Part shown: piece after piece, positions 12,901 to 21,725 of the stretch
Layout of the letters: each line of letters opens with the position of its first letter
How positions within the stretch are numbered: the first letter of the stretch is position 1
DNA from: Zygnema circumcarinatum SAG 698-1b
Lineage: Eukaryota; Plantae; Zygnematophyceae
Direction of reading: 5' to 3'
Assembly (NCBI GenBank): GCA_037447605.1
Contig: CM074808.1
Coordinates: 1,736,001-1,800,000, forward strand
Length of the DNA: 64,000 nt
Translations under genes and position numbers: made by a program
Notes under the pieces: generated by a model
What the model was told of the DNA's origin: nothing
What the model saw: only the letters and a program-made list of their open reading frames with translations
The model's database searches: none

Positions 12901-14578
12901 TTATGGCCAAACCGAAAGGGTGAACCGGATTCCGAAGACTATTTTGGAGTATTGATGTGGGGACCCATCCCGATGGACGTGTGGGATGAATCGCCCGCGG
13001 TCGAGTATGCCATTAACAATGCATTCCAGGAATCAATCGGTACCACTCCTTTCTTCTTGAACTTTGGTCAGCATCCTCTAAATCCCCTGCAGCCAAGAGA
13101 TCAGCAGCCAGATGTGTGGAACATGGATGTTCACGTGCTCCCATCCTTGGGGCATGAGGAGCCGGCGGAGTCAACCTCCCGCCAAGCAGTGCTTACCTCC
13201 GGAAAATGTCCGGTGGCGCATGTAGGGCGCGCACTCGGCATGAGCTCATGCGTAAGCCTATGCCGACGACGCCGCGGGTTGGCAAGTAACTACGTGAGCT
13301 TATCAAGTACTGAGCACGCCGAACTTGTGCTCAAGACTTACGGCGAAACCCGTAAGTTGTGGCTCCTCGCCTACGGGACCTTTTCGTCAGGAAGTTTAAT
13401 CGGGTGAGGTCACACGTTGGCTTTAATGCTCATATGAAAAGTGCATCCCGTCTTTCACGGGTCTTCTTAAGGCATACCGCAGCGATGGGAGAGTCCAACC
13501 ACCTCCCCCTCCAGTGGAAGTTGAGGGTGACCTCGAGTATGAGGTAGAGGCCATCCAAACCCACAGGACTGTGAGTAGAGGTCAGACTTCCCGCCACGAA
13601 TATCTCGTGAAATGGTTGGGCTATGGGGTTGAACATAGCACGTGGGAACGTGAGAGCAATCTGACAAATTGCACGGAGCTCCTGAGATTGTACTGGGAGG
13701 CGCAGACCGCTGGTGAGCGGGCGAGGGCGGCTAGGGGGGTTCCCGAACCGCTCCACGCGCTACTCGGAAAGGGACTTGACCGGGATTAACGCTGAAGCCC
13801 TTCCCGCATACCCTTCGCATGCAGGCGCTGCATTCTCTTAAACCGGCCGCCAAGACATTTTTTTCAAAGGAATCCAGGGCGCTCACATACTGGGGAGTAA
13901 TGTAGCGTGAACGCTGCTGAAGGTGATTCTCGAGGCTACGCATCATAGTGATACTATGATCACCCCTTCATCTCAGCCAATGATAGGTTAGGACGCCGCC
14001 AAGACCGGGGCTTTTGGGCTCATCCTTGTGGCTGCAAGGATCTCTTTTGATCGTGACGCCGCCCCGCATTGTGTGTACGGACGCCATCCCACACAGGGAT
14101 CCCGCGCCGCAGACTGCCGCTGCTGGCCAAGAGGCCGAGAGGCCGCACTGCTGCGCTGTAATCTACCAGATGCGTGTGGCATCTTTTGATAGGCACCGCC
14201 CTGCATCGCAGACGACGGGTCAATGCGTCTGACTACGACTCTGGCCGCCAAGGCCACAAGACTAGAGCCGCTACACAGGTCAGCGACGCCCCTGCGAGAT
14301 GCGGGGCGAGACTATTTGCTTGTCCTTAGCCGAGCACCTCGGCTAAGGATCTCGACAACACGCCGGGCGTGGGCTCCCTGACAAGGCAGTCCCGCCCTCC
14401 CCGGCCCTCCACATGCCGGTAGGGGTTCAACTGGGGAGCTTATTGGGACTGGCGCCCCTATTGGAGACCATCCGAGCTCTTTGTACCAGCATTGAGCTCA
14501 CGCTCCTCTCTCTCTCTCTCTCTTCCTCTCTTGACACTCAGACTCTCAGAGCAGCCTGCCAGGGGGCAGGTTGTTACA
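6965..14578 (+). mobile_element. Ty3/Gypsy chromovirus-type retrotransposon B, full-length structure with many indels
   Basis: LTRs about 6965-7585 and 13901-14578, both ending TTGTTACA. PBS-like TTGGTGACGAGCC at 7586. PPT GGGGAGTAA before 13901. gag (about 8450-9300, CFRCRKVGHRSYDC), protease (about 9900), RT (PPWRPIYRLSP..SPFGAPILFVGKKDGSLRM), RNase H (about 11400-12000), integrase (about 12470-13400), chromodomain. Confidence 0.92.
13514..13700 (+). CDS. Chromodomain at the integrase C-terminus of Gypsy B
   Basis: YEVEAIQTHR...YLVKWLGYGVEHSTWERESNL..C.ELLRLYW is a canonical chromodomain pattern with Y/W/Y aromatic residues. Confidence 0.9.
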
Positions 14579-14906
14579 TTAATTGAGCGTTTTGCAGAAC
14601 GTTCATGGAAAGAATATTGCACACGTCTTTGCATGCAAGACATAGGGATGTACTACATTTTGCATCGATCTACTCATTTTTCATTGCATTTAATAGTGGA
14701 TAACAGATGAGCAGTATAGAATAATGTTCACACTTTCTAAGCCACTTGTTTCTGAATTAACCTCTTATTTAGTAGATTCTTTGCAAACAAACCCTCCCAA
14801 TGCGTTCCTTGACATTCCAAACCGTCTCCTTGAAGTCCGTAGGCAGGTAGTGTAGCGAAACGCTACAGTCACCCACGGGAGGTGTACTTAGGGCGCGCTC
14901 CGTCCT

Positions 14907-15359
14907 TGTAACAAACCTGCCAACTGCAAGGTTTGAACACAAGACCTCCCGGTATCCACACCAGTGCTTTACCATTAAAAGGCAACCGCGGATGTAAATA
15001 CTAGGCCATACAACACATGTATAGCGTTTCGCTACATTCCTCCCCACCTAAACCGGGCTCGTCCTCGAGCGCACTCAAGGGTTTTCACGAGCAGCGTTCA
15101 AGCTCCTTCAACACATGGACTACGGCCTTAGCCCCTCAGGCCACTAAGGGTCTGCAACCCGTACCATGCTCAGAGATCACGGTGTTTTTAGGGTGGATTA
15201 CAAATACCGGGCACTGGCTCTGATACCAATGTAACAAACCTGCCAACTGCAAGGTTTGAACACAAGACCTCCCGGTATCCACACCAGTGCTTTACCATTA
15301 AAAGGCAACCGCGGATGTAAGTACTAGGCCATACAACACATGTATAGCGTTTCGCTACA
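14907..15359 (-). mobile_element. Complete TRIM (terminal-repeat retrotransposon in miniature), 453 bp, with tRNA-like LTRs
   Basis: 130-bp LTRs at 14907-15036 and 15230-15359 (TG...CA, one mismatch). Minus-strand PBS TTGGTATCAGAGCC next to the 5' LTR and PPT TAGGTGGGGAGGAA before the 3' LTR. 193-bp noncoding interior. Perfect 5-bp TSD GTCCT at 14902-14906 and 15360-15364. Confidence 0.95.
15241..15306 (-). promoter_or_regulatory. tRNA-like segment (Pol III A-box-like and B-box) inside the TRIM LTR; also at 14918-14983 and 17201-17266
   Basis: Minus strand reads GCCTTTTAATGGTAAAGCACTGGTGTGGATACCGGGAGGTCTTGTGTTCAAACCTTGCAGTTGGCA. It has a D-arm-like CTTT-TAATGGT-AAAG, a stem CTGGT/ACCGG, a variable-loop-like GAGGTC, B-box/T-loop GTTCAAAC and a 3' acceptor-like AGTTGGCA. 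T-stem and acceptor stem are degenerate, so it is not a functional tRNA. Confidence 0.7.
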
Positions 15360-17189
15360 GTCCTAGTACTCTCACCCCGGGCGCGGGCCGAGTGGCCAAG
15401 GCGTCGGGGACCACCTAGGACCAGGAAGGGTCACGGGATCGAGCTGCTGCGAGGTTGCAAGGGTTGATGCGGCCCATGATGCTCTGAAGACATATATGTA
15501 TCAGCGTCGCCCGATGTGGTCGAGGGATCACGGAATCCCGACCACATCTTCCTTACGTTTTGGAACGTAACCGTCGTCCGTACAATTCTGGTCCGCGTTA
15601 TGCAGACGGTACGGCACCGATCCGAATCAGCGCGTAGCGCAGGATCGACCGTGCAACTGACGTGCGGCGGCGCGCGTCAGCGGCGCTTACAGCGCCCGTG
15701 AATGCGATGGCGTTGATGCGTTAATACACCTCCCGACCCATTGGTCGAGAGAGAGGGATTCTGTCTTGATCGCCATTGGGCGACCACGCTTCCAATCCTC
15801 CATGCTGGTAGGAGGTTCAACGGGGGAAGCGTAAAGGGGCGAGGGTGACTGTCGTCACCCAACCAACGTACCGGCATTCGGTTGCACCCCTGACCGGGGC
15901 TGCGCCACCCTCGGAAGCTCTCTCTCTCTCTCTCTCTCTCCTGCCCTCCCTCGCTGAACTCGGAGTGCTGGTGTGTGATTCCGCGCAGGCTGAAGAGGCA
16001 GATTTCAGCCGTTACATTGGTATCAGAGCCAGGTTGCGGCCTTCTCTTTTGCGAGAACACGCGGGTCATAGTGACCCTTTCGCGGGCGGGAGGGGCCAGG
16101 GGCCCACCGAGGGCCGCCACCTCCACCACTGTCCCGGGGCGAGGTGATGGAGGAAGAACTTCGAGAGGCTACGGCCCACTCCCGTGGGGGCCGGTCGAAA
16201 CCCGCGGATGACCAGGTCATCCGGTGATGCCGCACCCTCAGCGCCACTGGAGCCGTTGGCTCCGGTAGAATCCTCCGATCCCATGATCGGGGCCCACATC
16301 ACGGTGGGCGCGGCCTTAAAGATGAGGAAGAGGATCGATGATCTGGGGAAGGATGTAACGCAGCAGCGCATCTCCACCATGGCTTGCTCGAGGAAGGTGG
16401 ATGACATGGAGCTCACGGTCCGCCGCTTGGTGGACACGCTCCAAATGGAGTTCCGGGGTCTTGCGGACAGGCTCCGGAGGATCGAGGAAGGTATGCCCCG
16501 AACCCCTCCTCAGGCTGTAGAGGCAGTAGATGCAGCAGGTCCTGGGGAAGGGGTTAGGCATACCACTCCGGTAGCGTCGTCTTTCAAGCGCCCCAACGGC
16601 TACTTGGGAGAGCGGCGGCGAGAATCGCACCCCAGAGCTTTTCCCGCGAGTCATCAGCGGGGGGGTGGCGAACCACCAGTGGGGACCCCGTGGTGGCGGC
16701 TCTTTGAGGCGGAGAATCCCGGTCCTCGGACTGCTCTCCATAACCTCTTGAGGATGCCCGGCGGAGTCGGGCCAAGGTAGCCCGCTTTCCTTTAGGCGAA
16801 CATCCTACCACCGACTTTCGATTGAGCAGTGGATTTGGGTGGTGGGAGGGCCGGCCGTGCACTACCCGGTGGGGTGCGGCGCCTCGGCACTGAAGGAAAC
16901 GCATACGTGTCATGAGGCCTTTACGATAAGGGTAGGGGCGGTGGGGTAGTTCAGGAATGAGCTTATCAAACACTTTGGGGCCTTGGATCCCGGCTTGGAG
17001 GCCCGGGATAAATTTCAGAACATGGTCCAAACCGGCAGTGTCAAGCAGTTTCTGCGAGACCTGCGTCAAGTGGTGCCTCAAATCACCACTCACAAGCCTA
17101 GACAGGCTGAGTTCTTTTTCCACTTCAGGAATGGCTTGAAGCCACACCTGAGGAAGCAGCTAAGAACTAACCCACGGACTCTGAAACCG

Positions 17190-17319
17190 TGTAACAAACC
17201 TGCCAACTGCAAGGTTTGAACACAAGACCTCCCGGTATCCACACCAGTGCTTTACCATTAAAAGGCAACCGCGGATGTAAGTACTAGGCCATACAACACA
17301 TGTATAGCGTTTCGCTACA
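17190..17319 (-). mobile_element. Isolated TRIM LTR at the truncation point of Gypsy C
   Basis: Identical by eye to 15230-15359. Flanks AACCG and ATTAA do not form a TSD. Confidence 0.92.
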
Positions 17320-17996
17320 ATTAATTGCCGCCTATGTGACCTCCTCTGCTTAGAAACCTCCAACAACAATATATTTAACTCCGTCATATCTGCTTCTCCA
17401 ATGAGCAGAATGTTCACTAATGCGAAAAAAACCATCATCACTCTTGGATCCATTGTCGAACTGCCTGCCCAAAAATTGAGCCTTCGCAAGAAAACGTGCA
17501 GAATAAAGTGCTGCTAAGAGGCCGAAGGAGGAAGGGCACTCGGCCAGGGCGGAACGGCGGCGGCGGCGGCGGTGGCGGCCGTACGGTAGCGCCTCCGCTC
17601 AGCCCTTCCCTTTGGCGACGCACGTACGGTAACCGCGGTGGGCCACGGTGGACGAGTAAGTGTGTCCACGTGGCGTCCGCTGATTGGCTCGCGCGACCTC
17701 TGATGGAACCCGCAATTCTCCCTTCATGACTCATGATCCGATGTGGCGGTACAGGCAAACGCTGATGGACCCCCACCCTTAAGAGATCCGTCACCCTTTC
17801 TTGGCCAATGGGAGAGCGCCACCAGGCTTTCCTTTGTCGGACCGTACAGCGAGCACGATACGTTTGATATATCGTTCATATCGAACTCATCTGCGCGACA
17901 CGTCCTCGCCCACTCCGCGGCCGTTTCGTTCCATGAGGCGTGTTGGAGGCGGCGTCGTTCTGTTCCGTTCCGTTGCGCGGGCCGTTCCATGCGGCC

Positions 17997-20010
17997 ATGG
18001 CCATGGCCGCGGCGGGGCCGCCCGCGGGCGCGTTCGTGAAGGCGTGCGAGCTCCGCCCGTCGCCGGCCACGACCGTCAACTGCGTCCTCATCCTCCTCGA
18101 GAAGGGTGAGTGTGCGCGCACACCCGAGAGGGAGGGAGGGCTCGAACCCTCAACCCTCCCTCGCGAGGGCTTGAACCCTCATTCTGAACTCTGAACCTTC
18201 CCTCGCGATGGCTTGAACCCTCATTCTGAACCCTGAACCCTCCCTCGCAAGGGCTTGAACCCTAAACCTGAACCCTGAACCTGAACCCTGAACCTTCCCT
18301 CGCGAGGGCTTGAACCCTGAATCTGAACCCTGAACCCTCCCTCGCGAGGGCCTGAATCCGAAACCTGAACCCTGAACCCTCTCTCGCGAGGGCTTGAACC
18401 CTGAACCTGAACCCTGAACCGTCCCTTGCGAGGTTTTCAATCCTGAACCGTAATTTAAACTCCAAACCCTACCCAAAACCCTCAATCCTAAACCCTACTT
18501 ATTCAGACTTAAACCTAATTCTTAAGCGTGAAACTCTGATTCTTTAGCCCTAATCCTTCAACCAATACCCTTATTCTTGGAAAGTTAAACCCTGAATATT
18601 TAGATCGGCTTTTTAACCTTAAACATGTTCGTCACCTCCTCTTTTTCTCTCCCTCTTTTTCTCACCTTCCCCCTCCCCCCACCCCCCTCCCCTCCCCCCC
18701 TTCTCTCTCTGCCCCCCCTCCCCCCTCTCCCCCTACACCCACCCCCTCTCTCCCCCTCTTCCCTCTCCCTCTCTCCCCCTCCCCCCCTTCCCCCCCCCCC
18801 TTCTTCTCCCTCCCCCCAGGCCCCCCCAGCCGGCTCCCCGAGAGCGGCGCGACGGTGTGCGTGGCGCTGGCGGCGGACGCGACGGCGGCAGTGCACCTCC
18901 AGCTTTGGGGCGGCGAGGCGGAGGCGCTGCACCCGGGGGACATCGTGCGGCTCACCAACGGGTGGGGAGGGTTGGTAGAGTTTCAGGGTTTTGGGGGTTT
19001 AATGGTTTAAGGGATTAGGGTTTTTAGGGTTGGTAAAGACAAAGTGCTTTCACAGAAAGTTTTGAATTGAAGTTTTATGATTTGCAGGTAAAAATCCAAC
19101 GGGTGGGAGCAAGGTGAGGGTTGCTAGAGTTTTAGGTTTTGGAGGGTCTAATGGTGGTAAGGGATTAGGATTTTAGGGTTAGAAAGAACAATTGCTTGTA
19201 CGGAAACGTTTGAATCGAAGTTTTGAAATTTTATGATTTGCAGGATTTTTTCGTACCATAAGGCAAATCTCGTGCTTCGGGCAGGCAAAAAAGGGCAGCT
19301 CGAAAAAATTGGCGAGTTCGTTCCTTTTCTCACAAACTGCCTGCCACGATTCTTCTTTTCCCTAGGTTTCATCATTAATTAGAGAGGAAACAAAATGGAA
19401 TGTGTAAAGTTTGGCTCCCTTCCTTCCATTCCCCTTTTGTGTTTTAGAAGAAATGAAATTTAACAAGGAAGGAGATATCGTCTCCTCTAAGTTATGCAAT
19501 TGGCTTTGTTTTTTTCAGGATTTGTAAAGCTTCCAGTTTTTAGGGTTAATTACTCAACTTTTATCTTTCTTTCTTTGTTTCTTTCTAGTTGCAGGAGGTT
19601 TTGTTCACTTGAGGTTTTGAAGAGTCCTGCGTTTCCTGTCACTATTCCCCTCTCTCTCTCCCTTTCTCCCTCTCTCTCCCGCCCTCTCCCTCTCTCACTC
19701 TCTCTCTCCCTCCATCTCCCTCTCCCCCCTCTCCCCCCCTCCCTCCCTCTCTCGCACACCTCCACTCGCACTCTCCTTCCCCCCTCCTATTCTCCCCTCC
19801 GTTTTCCTCTCTCATCACTCGCTCGCTCTATCACATCCCTCTCACTCCCTCTCTCTCTCTCACTCCCGTCTTTGGCACTCCTATCCACCATTCCCAACAA
19901 CTCCTACCAACAAACTTTTCCATTTTCCCTTACAAGGGGTACAAATGGGGTGCAGGTTCACAATGGTATTTACGGAATCTCCGAACATGAGCCGTGTGCC
20001 CTTTGTATGA
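17997..20010 (+). CDS. SOSSB: SOSS complex subunit B / SSB1-like OB-fold ssDNA-binding protein (4 exons, about 125 aa)
   Basis: Exons 17997-18105, 18820-18961, 19244-19315, 19956-20010 with GT-AG introns give ..VLILLEKG..CVALAADATAAVHLQLWGGEAEALHPGDIVRLTNGIFSYHKANLVLRAGKKGQLEKIGEFTMVFTESPNMS, matching the recalled plant SOSS-B/NABP pattern. Confidence 0.92.
18140..18480. repeat. Telomere-like (TGAACCC) minisatellite with a 42-bp period and 12-bp palindrome, in SOSS-B intron 1
   Basis: CCCTCGCGAGGG-type palindromes start at 18158, 18200, 18242, 18297, 18339, 18381 and 18423, separated by GAACCCT heptamers. Confidence 0.9.
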
Positions 20011-20864
20011 ACCCTAAACCCTCCAAACCTTACACTCAAAAAGTTTGAAAAAATTGCGAATTGAACTGCTTTGGAGACGGAAAGCGTTTTTCTATCGTTT
20101 TTTTCCTTTCTTTTTTGGTACCTACTTTACTCTGAGCCCTTTCTGGATTGTTTTTTTTTCCCCTTTTTTTTGGGTAATCGTATTTTTGCAGGGCCCGAGA
20201 GGCCCAGCGCCAGCTGGCAGCCATCCTGGAACTGGAGCTGTCCCATATGTGACTCGTTGAGCTTTCTCTCTCTCTCTCTCGCCCTCTATCCCTCTGTCTC
20301 TCTTTCTCTCTCTCTCTCTCTCCCTCTCGCTCTCTCTCCCCCCTCCGCCCCCACGCTCAATATTTACTCCCCCCCCCCACACTCTCTCTCCCTCTCTCTC
20401 TTTCTCCCGCCGGTCCTCACTCTCTACGCGCTCTCTCCTTCTCCCTTTCGTTTCCGTCTCCTTCTCGTGTCTCTGGATTGCTCATTACTACCCCGATCCA
20501 GAATGCCCATTAGTTCGGGCAAAAAAAGGGGCATAATCCAAGAAAGCAACGCAAAGAAACGGATGACCATTTTTACACACTTTTTTTTCAATGGGGTCCA
20601 AACGAAATGAGCCGCAACTAAGAGCGAACCCTCATGGCAATTTGCAAGTTTTGATTTTCATGTGCTCACTCAAATTCTAAATCAAATCACCTCCAAATAA
20701 GTTGTCTTGTACTTTTTCTTTTTATTATTTTTTTTTCGGAGATGACTGATTGGAATGTAGCAAGTAAGGTGACGTCACTCCAATGGAATAAACGATAGCT
20801 TTACCTTTTGCTTCGTTGAAGAAGAACCGTATGGTACTGCACACGTCAAACAAGGGTTCCAATT

Positions 20865-21050
20865 GTTGGCGATCGGTTCCAACCGTTGGCGATTAGTTCC
20901 AAAACTTCGACTCGTTTCAACCGGCAATGGTTTCAACCGTTGGCGATTGGTTCCAACCCTTGGCGACTAGTCTAACCGTTGGCAATGGTTTCAACCGCTG
21001 GCGATTGGTTACAGCTACCAACTGTTGGCAGCGGCTGCCAACCTGCCGCC
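20865..21050. repeat. About 20-bp tandem repeat with near-palindromic core CCAACCGTTGG
   Basis: Repeated TTCCAACCGTTGGCGATTGG-like units upstream of the permease gene. Confidence 0.8.
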
Positions 21051-21725
21051 CTCGTGTAGCCCCGCCAAATGAAATCGGACGGCCACGATCCCACCCCGCG
21101 CCGGCTCCCCGCACACCGCCTACGGGATGCTGTCTGGCTGTACGGACAGCGCTGTCCATCACCGACAGGATCCCGGTGAGGGTTGAAAAAATCCAGTGGC
21201 CTGAGCCAATAGCCCCCTGCCACGTGGTCCTCCAGTCCCGCCAGCAACGTCTCTGAGACACGCCTTGTCCTATTGAACCGTGTCGGCAGCGCTGCGACGG
21301 GCGCCACGTGTCCGTCCACCCTCCGCGGCCGTACGCGCCTGCCCGGTGGGCGCTAACGGCCGAGCGGCTGCCGCCGCGGCCCCGCCGTCCGATGCCGCAC
21401 GTGGGCGCCGTGGCGCATCGCGGCCGTTCCGTTCCGACCCGTCCGGCGCGGCGATCAGCCGCGGGAGGGCGGGCGGTCGGTCGGTCGGGGAGGCCCGTTA
21501 CGCGCCACCACGTCATGGTCGGCCTCGCCTATGCCGAGGAGGCGGCTGCCTGCCACTCCCCGGCCGCCACGTGTTCCGCACTGTACGGAGGATCACAGTG
21601 GAGGCGGGGACCCGCCGCTTTGCTGTCAGTCCATCGGAGGGAGGGAGGGAGGAGAAGCGAGGAGGAAGGTGGGAGAAGGGAGAAGGGAGAAGGGAGAAGG
21701 GAGGACGAGGTGGTCCCTACGTGCC

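Larger units (their letters stand above)
14851..17189 (+). mobile_element. Ty3/Gypsy element C, 3'-truncated (5' LTR, PBS, part of gag)
   Basis: LTR 14851-16016 runs TGTAGCGAAACGCTACA...GCCGTTACA. PBS TGGTATCAGAGCC (tRNA-iMet type) at 16018. gag-like frames 16184-16780 and 16983-17189 (EARDKFQNMVQTGSVKQF..FFFHFRNGLKPHLR). Confidence 0.85.

Noticed and set aside
1-13400. Dating the Copia and Gypsy B insertions from LTR divergence, or calling frameshifts biological decay
   Set aside because: Indel-dense stretches alternate with clean ones (for example 10075-10680 clean, 10980-12460 garbled), suggesting unpolished long-read error, so divergence is unreliable.
15241-15306. Functional tRNA gene in the TRIM LTR
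   Set aside because: The T-stem does not pair, the anticodon loop is not 7 nt, and the 5' acceptor strand is incomplete. Kept only as a tRNA-derived promoter-like segment.
18600-18830. Long Pro-, Gly- or Leu/Ser-rich ORFs in the ORF track here and at 19494-20610, 22693-23719 and 54909-55904
   Set aside because: They are translations of intronic or intergenic simple repeats ((CT)n, poly-C, (GGAT)n) without stop codons.
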